Virus record (IMG/VR): IMGVR_UViG_3300031760_000009
Span: 1-64,000 of that record
From: a virus
Taxonomy: Duplodnaviria; Caudoviricetes
Length of the DNA: 64,000 nucleotides
Strand: one strand, 5' to 3'
In this document: piece after piece, positions 17,047 through 28,122 of the stretch
How positions within the stretch are numbered: the stretch's first letter is position 1
Layout: every line of letters starts with the position of its first letter
The notes under the pieces: model-generated
Seen by the model: the letters and a program-made list of their open reading frames with translations, nothing else
Databases searched by the model: none
Told to the model about the DNA's origin: nothing
Translations under genes and position numbers: made by a program

Positions 17047-17619
17047 TCAAGAAACTTTTTGTTTAATTCTGTAGCACGTTGCATAAATTCTACATTTCCA
17101 ATATCTTTCAAGCTGTACCTTGCTTAGAACGTGACCCATAAGACCGTCTCCGAAATTCCAATTATCACCCTTGATATGACCTATCCAATGCTGGTATAGA
17201 AGATGTTTAAGACCACCTGTGTACCAGTGCATAAGAAGAATAACAGTATCGTTATCTTCGATTTCATTCGGGTGTATCTTTTCTACATCATATCCAAGTT
17301 CTTCCAAAGCACATCTTACATTAAGAGGGTTTCCATATATGGGATTCTGAATGAAACCAAGACATTCACAGCGTAACAATGCACAGTTTATTCTGTCATA
17401 AATAGAATACAGTTCTAATATTTCAACATGATGACATATCTCAGTCATAATAGCTATGTTCTCACAGTCGTAATCTGTGTTCATAACGTATATATCACGA
17501 CCATCATGTGATTTTACAGATTTTAAATCTATGTAATGTTTATTGAATCTTGATAATATTATGAATAACGGTTTTAATATAAATAACCGTATCAGTTTCC
17601 ATAGTAGATATAAAAACAT
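17047..17619 (-). CDS. papain-like (C39-like) peptidase candidate with N-terminal hydrophobic segment
   Basis: TDYDC catalytic-Cys-like motif, QHWI His, downstream Asp. Confidence 0.45.
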   Translation of the reverse strand: MFLYLLWKLIRLFILKPLFIILSRFNKHYIDLKSVKSHDGRDIYVMNTDYDCENIAIMTEICHHVEILELYSIYDRINCALLRCECLGFIQNPIYGNPLNVRCALEELGYDVEKIHPNEIEDNDTVILLMHWYTGGLKHLLYQHWIGHIKGDNWNFGDGLMGHVLSKVQLERYWKCRIYATCYRIKQKVS

Positions 17620-17684
17620 AATTCAAACTCCTTTAAAGTGAAGTTGAAATTATATATTCTACTATGGAATATAAATTAAGTCAA

Positions 17685-20600
17685 TTATGATGTCTGACAT
17701 GTATTTTGATATAATTCTAATGCTTCTGAATCACTTAATGCTCTGGAATACATACGAATATCATCAATATACCCATTCCAATATTGACCTGTAGAATAAC
17801 GACCAACTTCTATAGAACGAATATCTGTTGTTATAACACCTGTTGTTGTAGTATTAACCTGATTTAATATGGAACCGTCTTTATATACTGTCATTTTTCC
17901 TGTTGTATAATTTAAAGTAACTATAAAATGATACATAGTATTTATTTGTAGTGTTGTTGTTATAGATGCTTTTGTTTCACCACTAATTTTTCGACTTGCA
18001 ATTGTCAATGTTGAACCTTCAAGAACAAGTTCCATTATTATAAATCCTGTAGAATCTATAAGTATACTAAATGCACTTCTTTTACCAGAATTTACATTAT
18101 TTGTCATCAATTTCATAGAAACTGAATATTGCGACTGACTTTTGATAATATTTAATATTCCAGATTTTGTTGAACGTATATAATCATTTGTACCATCAAA
18201 ACTAAATACATCACAACCAAATGTTGCATTATTAACAACACCAACACCACCAAATCCAGTACCTTCATTATTATTTTCAGACCTATCTGTTACACCATCT
18301 GTTTGTGCAATGTCTTCTGTGGTAAGCCCATCTGCAAGATATATAACAGTTGCCTGATTTGGAGAATCAAAATCCCAAATTTGTGGTGCCGGTGGTTCTC
18401 CACCATCTTTACAATATAAATTATAATTTACACCGTTTATTGTTAATACCCCAAGTTTAACACCAGAAGTTAATGTTGGTGTAAATGAAACTGCGGTAGC
18501 ACCTGTAGATATACCATTCAACTTAACTTTATCCTGTGCACTCATATATCCATTTTGTGAAGTTGTAACTGTTGGTAAATTACAATTAGAAGCACTACCA
18601 TTTACTAAATATATTGGTGTTGTTTCGCTACCACCACTGATTTTATCCATTTTTGTCGATAAAAGTCCAGCAATATAATTTTTAATTTTAGATAAAAATT
18701 GAACAAGTCCGTAATAATCTAAAAATCTTGTTGGATAACCACCTTTAAACAATGCTTGATACATTGAATTTCTTGTTACAAGAACGTATCTTGGATTTGT
18801 TTTTATTCCATCTGACCATCCTTCAAATGAGTTACCACTTAAAGTTATAGCTGTTATCTGAACGATTGTATCTCTTGGATATTCACCACCACCTGTAACA
18901 ATACCATATTCTTCATTTGAAGATGTTACAATAAGACTAAGTAAACCTTCTTCATAATTATTTTTAAGTTTTGGTCTACCTGCGGAATAATCCATCTCCC
19001 ATATATTAACAAAATCAAAACCATTAAATGCAGAAGGTAAAGAAAAATCAAGAGCAGTTAATTCGATACCACCACCAGCATTTTCACAGCTACCTTCCAA
19101 ATAATAACAATTTTGTACTGTATTTGTTGTTATATAAGATGATATTGCACCTGTTGTTTCACTTGGACCAGTAATTTGTCCATAATTATATGATGATAAT
19201 GGTGAATTTGTAACATTATCACGACTTGCTAAAATACCTGCACAAAATGATTTTGAATTATATTCACTAGTATCCGTCAATGTAATATTACCAACATTAT
19301 AACAATTTTTAATTATATGTGAACCTGCACCAATACCACCAACATGAATACGTCCACTATAACGATCTCTTTGACATGGAACACTAATATTCATTTTATT
19401 ATAACATTCTTGAACATCATAATAACCATTACATGCAACAATTCCTGCTATATATGGCACAAAATCATTTCCAAGTTTGTAATTATTTATTTCAATCGAA
19501 CCAAGTGTTGTACAATTTTTAATAATACCTGTTGATTGATTTTCATTATAACAAAATCCAGCAACAATTCCAGCAATTGCAATGGGTCTACTTATATCTG
19601 TACCAATTGTTACTTTTATTTCTCCATCAAATATACAATGTTCTATTCGTGGATTTATTGGTGCACTACTGGCACCAAATGAACAAAATCCACCAACTGA
19701 TAATAAACTTGGATACCTACTTTGTTTATTAACAATAATTTTACCATGAAATTTACAATTCAAAACAACAGCATTTTCTGCTGAACAAAATCCCATAATA
19801 TCTTTATAACATTGTGAATTAATATTTAAAACACTATTATCAATTGTTAAATTTTTTATAACATGTTTCTTATCATATGCACCATAATAAAGTGAATACA
19901 TAAATAATCCATCAAAACTAGTATTATCCTCACTTGAAGATGGTGTTTGTGTTTGTTTTCTATATAATCCAGAAATTGTATGATTATCACCATCAAATTC
20001 ACCATAAAACTGTTGAATTGGTGTAAATGATTCTTCTGCATCAGTAGTTTCCCATTGTTCCCATAAAGTATCATCTTGATACTGTATATCATCTGTAAGT
20101 TTTACATACATATATGGTTGAGATGAACCTAATGATTGTCTAAGACTATTTATTCTCGTTGAAAATAAATCTAATTCAGCTTTATCATGAATTAAAAATG
20201 GAGAATCTTCTGAACCATTACCTTCAAAATCATTTAATTTTGGATAGACATTTACATGCAAATAAAAATCATCATTAAACGTGAATGTTCTTGACAACGT
20301 ATCAGAATTATTATCACACCATAATGTTTTTAAATATGTTTGATTGCTCAATGTCAATGTTATTGTCATTGTATGATTTTGATTATCTTTTTCAATCAAT
20401 CTACCACCAGTCTGTGTGATTGTTTCATTATTACTAAATTCATTATTTGTTACAACATATGCCATAATAAATCGTTTAGGTCTGTTTTTAAAATTAGGAT
20501 ATTTTGAACCCATTGAAAACACATTTGTAAAATCTAATGCTGTATATAAACTTTGATTTGTTGAATTATCGTCTTCAATAACTGTTAATCCTGTTACAGG

Positions 20601-22748
20601 TTCACATAATAATGAACTTTTTATTATATAAGAATCTGTAATTGAAATATCTGTATCATCAAAACCACAATAACGACCATAAAATACACATCTATTAAAT
20701 GACAAAGTTAATGAATTTGAGCTGGACAATGTTCTAAAATTTGCACAAGTATTAATAACGCAATCTTCAAATAAAATTGAGCTATAATCTGTGTACCAAT
20801 CATTACTATTCCATTGAGATTCAATAAATGAAATTTGGTTATTATTTGTATAATTATATGCCCACATAGAACCCATAGAAGACAAGTTTGGTACATTAGT
20901 GTTATACAAATTATAACCAATATACCCATATGTTCCACTGAAGGAAAAACAAGACATCAGATTTATATAGCATTTCTTTATATTAATAATACCTTCACGA
21001 CCTGCTATAAAAAGAAAACCGTTAAATTCACAATTTTCTATAACTTGATTTGAATTATTTGTTACACCAATTTTTGATAAAATATAATCAAACTTTATAT
21101 TTTTTATGTGACACGTTGCCTTTGATATTAAACCATCTGCATATAAACCAATTATCTTATGATTATTTCCTTCAATATAACCACAAAATCCAGTACAATA
21201 GTCATTTATTATATTTGATGGTTGTGTTGTATTCCATGATAAAAAATCTGTAACATCGTTACATATAATATCATTTGTTATACTCGAATATATATTTGAT
21301 AAATTAATATTATAATTTGTAAAATAATTTTTCCAATAAAATCCCAAAAGATATGAAACCAAATTTTGATAATTTGAAATTAAATATGGGTCATTAACTG
21401 TTCCAGAACCAGATGTTAAATTAATTTCTATTGTATATGCAGAAATTATATTTGTTTGTATATTTTGATACAATGTATTATCATCACCAATATTTCCAGT
21501 AGTTAAATTAGTGATTTTCAGAATATTAAATACGTTTGATACCCTTGCACTCGTTAATCCAAACTGTAAATTTGAACCTCTTGGAACCAATCCACAACGC
21601 CCATATGTCTTATAAAGGGCATCAGAACTTGAATAATAAGTATCTGGAATAGCTTGATTTGTATCAATTTCTGATGCATTACCATTGTATTTAGCAAATA
21701 CCAACACATATTGTTCAGCAAAGTTTTTTGGAACGGCAACATTTAAAGCACTATCAATTGAAAAATCATTTATAAAATCTAAATTAGAATAATTTGATGC
21801 AGTTTTTGCGGCGGTTGTTGATAAATATGTCCATTGTCCAGACGGAAATATACTTGTATAATTAGAAGCAGGACCATCATAAATAAAATAATTATGGTAT
21901 TCTGAATTTGCATCTGGAATTGTACAATCACTATAACTACTTGTATTAGGATAATGATAAAGTATATATATAATATTTTTTTGTATATTATAATTGATTG
22001 TTCCTTTAAATTGTTGTCTGCTTGGTGTTGGACGTGTGGGAGCATTTATAAACAATGAATTTATTAAAGTATAATTTAGTGTTACTACAGATGACGTAGA
22101 ATTATAAGGACTACGTAAGAATATATATGAATCAGGAGATTGTCCTTTCAAATTACTTTGACTATATAAACGATTAAAAATACAAGAATCAATTTGTATA
22201 TTTATAGTAAATGTTTTTGTCGTATCTGTTAATGGATATGTATTGATTTGTATTGGTCGTCTGGAACTAGGCATTTGAAAAATACAATTTTTTATTGTAC
22301 ATCCATATGTTCCACTTGAAATAGAACTACCGATTGTATATACAATACTAAATTCATAATCAGTATTTGGAGAATAAAAAACACAATTTTCAATTTTAGC
22401 ATTTTTACCACATCGTATAAGTCCATTATTATAATAATCTGAAAGAGTAGAATATATGTATAGATGATGATTGTTACCATTAAAATTACCAGAAAAAAAT
22501 AAATCTGTGGTACCATTATAATAACCAATTGAATAACTGCCAATACGTTCAGGAAATATACTGGAATCATTTCTATTTGCCATATCGGAAAAATCTGGTG
22601 TTCCAATATCAGCACTAAGTTCGACATATTCGCCTTCCATATCATTACCTGCTAAGACATACGAAGACCATTCTTTCCAACCATTTACATCGGATATTAC
22701 ATAAGGATTTGCCTGTGTACCACTACCAGTTATATATGTAAAAGACAT
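17685..22748 (-). CDS. large tail fibre/receptor-binding adhesin (GLUG-like beta-helix repeats, C-terminal LamG)
   Basis: Three GSG(T/S)..(N/D/S)P(Y/F).I modules, F.G.FDG.NH.I, GGIxG/CYN.G repeats, GGGEY..FEGWSDG repeat domain, LamG-like FDGTNDY...WNGYIDDIRMYSRALS. Confidence 0.8.
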   Translation of the reverse strand: MSFTYITGSGTQANPYVISDVNGWKEWSSYVLAGNDMEGEYVELSADIGTPDFSDMANRNDSSIFPERIGSYSIGYYNGTTDLFFSGNFNGNNHHLYIYSTLSDYYNNGLIRCGKNAKIENCVFYSPNTDYEFSIVYTIGSSISSGTYGCTIKNCIFQMPSSRRPIQINTYPLTDTTKTFTINIQIDSCIFNRLYSQSNLKGQSPDSYIFLRSPYNSTSSVVTLNYTLINSLFINAPTRPTPSRQQFKGTINYNIQKNIIYILYHYPNTSSYSDCTIPDANSEYHNYFIYDGPASNYTSIFPSGQWTYLSTTAAKTASNYSNLDFINDFSIDSALNVAVPKNFAEQYVLVFAKYNGNASEIDTNQAIPDTYYSSSDALYKTYGRCGLVPRGSNLQFGLTSARVSNVFNILKITNLTTGNIGDDNTLYQNIQTNIISAYTIEINLTSGSGTVNDPYLISNYQNLVSYLLGFYWKNYFTNYNINLSNIYSSITNDIICNDVTDFLSWNTTQPSNIINDYCTGFCGYIEGNNHKIIGLYADGLISKATCHIKNIKFDYILSKIGVTNNSNQVIENCEFNGFLFIAGREGIINIKKCYINLMSCFSFSGTYGYIGYNLYNTNVPNLSSMGSMWAYNYTNNNQISFIESQWNSNDWYTDYSSILFEDCVINTCANFRTLSSSNSLTLSFNRCVFYGRYCGFDDTDISITDSYIIKSSLLCEPVTGLTVIEDDNSTNQSLYTALDFTNVFSMGSKYPNFKNRPKRFIMAYVVTNNEFSNNETITQTGGRLIEKDNQNHTMTITLTLSNQTYLKTLWCDNNSDTLSRTFTFNDDFYLHVNVYPKLNDFEGNGSEDSPFLIHDKAELDLFSTRINSLRQSLGSSQPYMYVKLTDDIQYQDDTLWEQWETTDAEESFTPIQQFYGEFDGDNHTISGLYRKQTQTPSSSEDNTSFDGLFMYSLYYGAYDKKHVIKNLTIDNSVLNINSQCYKDIMGFCSAENAVVLNCKFHGKIIVNKQSRYPSLLSVGGFCSFGASSAPINPRIEHCIFDGEIKVTIGTDISRPIAIAGIVAGFCYNENQSTGIIKNCTTLGSIEINNYKLGNDFVPYIAGIVACNGYYDVQECYNKMNISVPCQRDRYSGRIHVGGIGAGSHIIKNCYNVGNITLTDTSEYNSKSFCAGILASRDNVTNSPLSSYNYGQITGPSETTGAISSYITTNTVQNCYYLEGSCENAGGGIELTALDFSLPSAFNGFDFVNIWEMDYSAGRPKLKNNYEEGLLSLIVTSSNEEYGIVTGGGEYPRDTIVQITAITLSGNSFEGWSDGIKTNPRYVLVTRNSMYQALFKGGYPTRFLDYYGLVQFLSKIKNYIAGLLSTKMDKISGGSETTPIYLVNGSASNCNLPTVTTSQNGYMSAQDKVKLNGISTGATAVSFTPTLTSGVKLGVLTINGVNYNLYCKDGGEPPAPQIWDFDSPNQATVIYLADGLTTEDIAQTDGVTDRSENNNEGTGFGGVGVVNNATFGCDVFSFDGTNDYIRSTKSGILNIIKSQSQYSVSMKLMTNNVNSGKRSAFSILIDSTGFIIMELVLEGSTLTIASRKISGETKASITTTLQINTMYHFIVTLNYTTGKMTVYKDGSILNQVNTTTTGVITTDIRSIEVGRYSTGQYWNGYIDDIRMYSRALSDSEALELYQNTCQTS

Positions 22749-22767
22749 TTTTTATACTCCAATTTTT

Positions 22768-25323
22768 TTAACTCTGCTCAAATAACGCATTGATTTCAGG
22801 AATTGTTATAACCGCATAAGGAGCCGCACTCGGAACATCATCTCCAATATCATCTGGAGTTATTTTACTACAAGTTGCTGAAACTTTTGGTGATGTATAT
22901 GGTGACTTATTTCCCCAAGCATCATATGCACGAACACTGTAATAATATGGATGATTATAACCAGGTACAGTATCGTCTGTTATTCGTCCAGTACCATCGG
23001 CACTTGAAGCACATGTTCCTACTTTAACACCGTGGTCAAGTTCATCTGTATTATCACTTCTCCACAATTCAAATCCTGCTAAATCAATTGGTGGATTTTG
23101 TAATACTATTTCTGCAATAACAGATTTAAGATATGTTGTCAATAGAAAATTTGGTGCCTGTGGTGGTGTAGCATCACCATTTGCTTGAATAACACTACTT
23201 GTAAGAGTTTCCGAAACACCATTATTATTAACTGTAAAAACTTTAACTTTATAATAATGCCCAGCAGATAATCCTGTTATATTAAATGTATCACCGTCTA
23301 TATTTCCATAATCAATCCATTCAAGTTGGTCGTCTGGTGGAACTGGTAATGTTGTTCCACAATCTGCATACCTGATTGTTGTAAATAATTTATTACTATT
23401 TTCTGCATATTCGAGTGTTCCAGATATACCACAGATAGATGTAGAATCTGAAGATTTTGACTGCGTTGTTCTAAGAACCATTGTTTTTGGAATTTGTGGT
23501 TTTTGTTTACTTTCAATTTTTTCTGGAATTGGTTTTGGTGTAAATTGTGTATAACTATCCATTTCAAATATAGCTGGGTCATATTCTACAAATTCCATGT
23601 TTGTCAATTCGCCACCATGACTTATACTTGTTATTTGAAACAATTTACCATGACTCTGTGTTTCACCATACCAATCAAATTGTTTTGAACGAACTTCTAT
23701 TAAATCACCAGCATTTAATGATTGTGCATGTTCATTTGAACAACTGAGTTTTCCTGTTACATGTTGAAGTGTTTTCTTTCTTAAATAATATATGGCTAGT
23801 TTATGTGCAGTTGCCATATCTGAAACAAATTTCAATTCTATTTCTTCAGTATTCCATTTTTGTATTTTCAACGCATGGTTTGAATCCTGAAGATACAAAT
23901 CATAATTTTTTTCGGTTGTATAATCTGGAGATTCATGATTTGCATCAGGTTTTTTATTATACTTTTTAAATTCCTGTGACCAATCATAATTCAATCTTAC
24001 ACGATTTGTTTGCGAATCTATATCTGGTTCTTTCCATTCTTCAAGATTACAATCAAATCCATATATACCTTCTTCATCAAATATTGGAAGATTTGAAGTT
24101 GGTTTTTCTTTATCTATTTTTAATGTTATTTTTCCATTTTCTTCTACTATAAATCCACGACAACAATATAATATTTTTTTCAGCGATTCTGAAAATTGTC
24201 CACCTGTATCAAATGAACCATCTATTCGTAGTCCAATTGTATCACAATCTGTTATTGCTTGTTGAAAATCCGTTTGGGATTCTGGATAATTCCATCCAAT
24301 TGCACAAGGTCCCTGTGATACCAATTGTGGATTACAAAAAAGCATCTTGATGATTCTAGCAGGATTTGTTATTGCCGTATTTCCATATATATATCCACCT
24401 TGTCCATCACTTGTTACTGAAACAATACCATCAATATCAACATAAACTTGTCCAATTTGACCGTCTTTATTATATGGATATGCTGGTATTTCATAACCAT
24501 TTTTATCTGTACTATATAATTGAATGTATGCAAAACCACCCCATTGTGATATATGAATTACATTATCACCACTTATTATTTCTCTCATACTATCAATAGT
24601 TTCCGGTCTTGATTGGTCTGTAATACGTTCTTCATGACCGGGTGAATCATATCCAACACCTTTAAAAATTCTAACTTTTATAGGTAAACTATCTGTAGAT
24701 GGTTGATATTCAATTGTGTTATCTTCATAATCATAAATAACTTCTTCATCAATATAAACTTTTGTTACCCTCATAATTGGTCCAGAACCAATTATATATT
24801 CGGAATAAAAACTATTGACCCAAGATAATGGTATTCTATTTACATGACCAAAATGTATTGGAATACAATTCCAACTTTCGTTTATACCATTCTGTGAATA
24901 ATAATCATATGCAATTTGTGCATCTGGAAATGTATTTTCAAGATATTCATAACCCAATTCTCGTAATGTAAGTCTAACTGTTGAACCCATACTATCAACG
25001 GATTGGATTTTACCTGTAAATGTTTTAGATACACCTGCATTATCATAGTACAATGTCATTAAATTATTTAATAATGAAGTTGTTTTTGTCATAAATTTAT
25101 TAAAAAATTTATCATTATTATCAAGATTTAATGACATTGTACGTATTCTATTACTAGTATCAAGTTCAACATTAAAGAAATCTTCTATTTCAAAGAAATC
25201 TGTTATTCTTGGTTCCCAATATATATTATTATAATCAAGTGGTTCTGTTGAAAAATAATATTCACCATTTAAAGTTGATGATTGATTTAATATATCTAAA
25301 TACGTGAACTTGATTCTTAACAT
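22768..25323 (-). CDS. tail tip / central fibre protein (lambda J-like, FN3 domains)
   Basis: IPIHFG, NPARII, L.AGDLI.V...FQITSI...EYDP; FN3 motifs GLSAGHYYKVKV and YYYSVRAYD.WGN.S. Confidence 0.75.
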   Translation of the reverse strand: MLRIKFTYLDILNQSSTLNGEYYFSTEPLDYNNIYWEPRITDFFEIEDFFNVELDTSNRIRTMSLNLDNNDKFFNKFMTKTTSLLNNLMTLYYDNAGVSKTFTGKIQSVDSMGSTVRLTLRELGYEYLENTFPDAQIAYDYYSQNGINESWNCIPIHFGHVNRIPLSWVNSFYSEYIIGSGPIMRVTKVYIDEEVIYDYEDNTIEYQPSTDSLPIKVRIFKGVGYDSPGHEERITDQSRPETIDSMREIISGDNVIHISQWGGFAYIQLYSTDKNGYEIPAYPYNKDGQIGQVYVDIDGIVSVTSDGQGGYIYGNTAITNPARIIKMLFCNPQLVSQGPCAIGWNYPESQTDFQQAITDCDTIGLRIDGSFDTGGQFSESLKKILYCCRGFIVEENGKITLKIDKEKPTSNLPIFDEEGIYGFDCNLEEWKEPDIDSQTNRVRLNYDWSQEFKKYNKKPDANHESPDYTTEKNYDLYLQDSNHALKIQKWNTEEIELKFVSDMATAHKLAIYYLRKKTLQHVTGKLSCSNEHAQSLNAGDLIEVRSKQFDWYGETQSHGKLFQITSISHGGELTNMEFVEYDPAIFEMDSYTQFTPKPIPEKIESKQKPQIPKTMVLRTTQSKSSDSTSICGISGTLEYAENSNKLFTTIRYADCGTTLPVPPDDQLEWIDYGNIDGDTFNITGLSAGHYYKVKVFTVNNNGVSETLTSSVIQANGDATPPQAPNFLLTTYLKSVIAEIVLQNPPIDLAGFELWRSDNTDELDHGVKVGTCASSADGTGRITDDTVPGYNHPYYYSVRAYDAWGNKSPYTSPKVSATCSKITPDDIGDDVPSAAPYAVITIPEINALFEQS

Positions 25324-25341
25324 TTGTTGATTCCTTTATAA

Positions 25342-26625
25342 TTAACTTATTCCAGATATAATATAACCTTTTGCTGTAGCAATTGAAACATCTGCACCTT
25401 GTGCTGTAGACGGCATTGTTATCGTGACTTCATTATTCGTCATTTTTGCATCTAAAGATTGGAAAAATAGTTCAGCGTTTTCTGGAGTAATATGTGTAAT
25501 ACTAAGGTCAAGTGAGGCATTACAGGAGCCTCCCCATAATACCTTTACTACTTCGTAGTTTGCACCTGCTGAATTTGTAGTGCCTTCAAAGGTACTATCA
25601 AAAGAAGACACATAGCTTAAATCCCATGTAGATAAGTCGATGACAGGAGTTTTTAAATTATAAAAAGCATAATCCATATTCTGTAGATTAGATACATTCC
25701 ATCCTGATATATCCAGTTCAAGAATTTTAAAAGGGTAACTATAATTATCAGCAAACATATCATACATATCTTTTAATTTTCTGGTGTCCCAATTACTCAT
25801 ATTAAGCTTTTTTAAGACCTTACTATATCCCCTTGCAAATAGATATCTGAACGATTTTACATTACTAACGTCCCAACCAGACAAGTCTAATTCCATATTG
25901 TCTGTTGTGGTGAAACAGTCTTCAAATAGTCTATATAAAGACTGAAATCTACTGACATCCAAGTGTTCTATTACATATATAGTATCCTGTGACCAGCCAT
26001 CCGCAGTTTCTACAGAATCAAGACAACCCATGAAATCCTCCCCCGAAATTGTATAATCATTGTTGTTATCTTTGATATTAAGACGCGGACACATAAAATC
26101 AGGATATATGTTTACATTAGGATACTGATGTCCACTAGGTCTTATTATTTCTTCTACACCATTCAGTATATCGCTTTTTAATTGTTCAACATCAATTGAA
26201 TTTCCACCCAATGCGTTTATAGCGGCAATCAATTCAGATTTTTTATTTAAAATATCATCAAGTATTGATTGTGTTTTTGTATTTATATGACCATTAACTG
26301 CTGTCTGCAAAGCAGAAATTTCAGAATCAGTATGATTATTAACTGCTGTCTGCAAAGCAGAAATTTCAGAATCAGTATGATTATTAACTGCTGTCTGCAA
26401 AGCAGAAATTTCAGAATCAGTATGATTATTAACAGAAGATACCATTTCTGATTGATTTATAGAATTTAATTTCTCTTTATCTTCATTACTATAATCATTA
26501 CTACTTAATCCTTTTCCATCTTCATTATGAACATAATTTTCATCAATTTTACGATTATTAAGTTTAAAAACATCAATTATATCATTTGTAGAAAGTGCCA
26601 TTTTAATTACCTCCCCATAATTCAT
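25342..26625 (-). CDS. tail-associated protein with BspA/DUF285-like LRRs
   Basis: GKGLSSNDYS.EDKEKL motif; repeated LDLSGWDVSNV/WDTRKL units. Confidence 0.75.
   Translation of the reverse strand: MNYGEVIKMALSTNDIIDVFKLNNRKIDENYVHNEDGKGLSSNDYSNEDKEKLNSINQSEMVSSVNNHTDSEISALQTAVNNHTDSEISALQTAVNNHTDSEISALQTAVNGHINTKTQSILDDILNKKSELIAAINALGGNSIDVEQLKSDILNGVEEIIRPSGHQYPNVNIYPDFMCPRLNIKDNNNDYTISGEDFMGCLDSVETADGWSQDTIYVIEHLDVSRFQSLYRLFEDCFTTTDNMELDLSGWDVSNVKSFRYLFARGYSKVLKKLNMSNWDTRKLKDMYDMFADNYSYPFKILELDISGWNVSNLQNMDYAFYNLKTPVIDLSTWDLSYVSSFDSTFEGTTNSAGANYEVVKVLWGGSCNASLDLSITHITPENAELFFQSLDAKMTNNEVTITMPSTAQGADVSIATAKGYIISGIS
26293..26433. repeat. 45-bp tandem repeat x3 (NNHTDSEISALQTAV)
   Basis: three identical in-frame copies. 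Confidence 0.95.
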
Positions 26626-26998
26626 TTATAACATCAGTTACTTCAGGATTTTCAGGAATAATTTCCTGTTGAGATTCCAACGATTCATCATCTTGCCAAA
26701 TTTCGTCCACAATAGATTCAATATCGGAATGAGACATATTTGAATGTTCTTGTGAAATAACATTAACAACAATTTTACCAATTCCATAAAAATCTTTTGA
26801 TGGTAAATATTCACCATTTTCTGTTATTGTTATTTCTTCAAGTGGTGGATTTACATTTACTGTAACGGTTCCTAATCCATCTGCACTTCCGTCAGCAGTA
26901 TATTCGCCATTTTCAGTGACTTCAATGTCCTGTAATGTAGGTGGATTCAACAGTATTCTAGGAGTAATCGTTATGATATTGTCATTCTGTACGTCCAT
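26603..26998 (-). CDS. virion structural protein
   Basis: two L..I.(V/I)TENGEY...DG.G.V.VNV repeats. Confidence 0.65.
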   Translation of the reverse strand: MDVQNDNIITITPRILLNPPTLQDIEVTENGEYTADGSADGLGTVTVNVNPPLEEITITENGEYLPSKDFYGIGKIVVNVISQEHSNMSHSDIESIVDEIWQDDESLESQQEIIPENPEVTDVINELWGGN

Positions 26999-27002
26999 AA
27001 TA

Positions 27003-27311
27003 TCAGCTCCTATCTTTAAATAATACGTTTATATCACTCTTGAATGTCTTAATTTTATCATTATCATCGTAAAGAGTGACATAAACAGGATACATTTTAC
27101 ATTCTTCAACATTAGTAGTTTCTTCCGCTGTCAACGATACTTCCAACGGGAATGTTGGATTTATATATGTCTTAACTATGTTTGCAACAGAAACTTCAAG
27201 CTTGTTTACATTGTAAATAGCTTTCTGTGCAGGTTCTAAATCTATTTTAATAAAGGTGCTATCGAAAGAATCTGTATCATCACCTCTATAGACAATAATA
27301 CTCTTAGCCAT
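27003..27311 (-). CDS. baseplate/fibre-anchor (BppU-like) protein
   Basis: IIVYRGDDTDSF; tail module position. Confidence 0.55.
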   Translation of the reverse strand: MAKSIIVYRGDDTDSFDSTFIKIDLEPAQKAIYNVNKLEVSVANIVKTYINPTFPLEVSLTAEETTNVEECKMYPVYVTLYDDNDKIKTFKSDINVLFKDRS

Positions 27312-28069
27312 TATACAATTTCCTCCAATGTAAAATTCATACTTTTAACTTTTGCAAAATCATAGCTTTGTGAAAATTCTGATGTGTTCATAACAAGATA
27401 GCAATCTGTACTTTTTGTAGTATAATCAAACCATACTACAAATGGTTTATATGTTAGTTTAAATTTATTTAAAATTTCGGTATTTAATTTATCAAAATCT
27501 CCATTAAACGAGCGTCTTGTTCTACCAAGTTTTTCACGACTTATAAAACCAGATTTGAATGTGTTTATATTCATAGTTGGAATATATTTTACATTAAATC
27601 CGTTCTTTGGATTCATCATTTCAATACTTTTTCCTATAAACACATTACCTATTTTATAATATGATGTTTCAAATACGGCTTTATTTGCAGGAATGGATAT
27701 TTTTATATATCTTGCTGTTACTGGTGAATTGAGTACATGTATATTATGTATATATTCTTCTTCTTCTATTTCATCAATTTTAAGTCCAGAAGCAGATGCA
27801 AAATTTGTCCACGTACTATTATTTGTACTATATTGAATTGTATATTCAGAAAAATTAATTCTATTTAAAAACACAGTATCTATCTGTTTTGAAGATTTTA
27901 AATCGACAACAAGTGTTGTCGCTGTAACACCACCAGTTTTAAAACTGCGTACAGGTTCAATATAGAACAGATTTGCTGTTGTAAATTGTGTTGGTGATGT
28001 ACCACTATATGTAAATGTTACAGATGTTGTATCACCAATCTTAGGATAAAAGTCATATAATATTTTCAT
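27311..28069 (-). CDS. distal tail / minor tail protein (start MKILY)
   Basis: Directly after the TMP; discoidin-like VDL...Y.IQYS...W...ARYIKI; ends FTLEEIV. Confidence 0.65.
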   Translation of the reverse strand: MKILYDFYPKIGDTTSVTFTYSGTSPTQFTTANLFYIEPVRSFKTGGVTATTLVVDLKSSKQIDTVFLNRINFSEYTIQYSTNNSTWTNFASASGLKIDEIEEEEYIHNIHVLNSPVTARYIKISIPANKAVFETSYYKIGNVFIGKSIEMMNPKNGFNVKYIPTMNINTFKSGFISREKLGRTRRSFNGDFDKLNTEILNKFKLTYKPFVVWFDYTTKSTDCYLVMNTSEFSQSYDFAKVKSMNFTLEEIV

Positions 28070-28122
28070 TATATAATCTCCTATATACAATAATATATTA
28101 TTTATCATTGATTTACAATATA

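Noticed and set aside
26293-26433. CRISPR-like repeat array
   Set aside because: Contiguous in-frame coding repeats with no spacers and no cas genes
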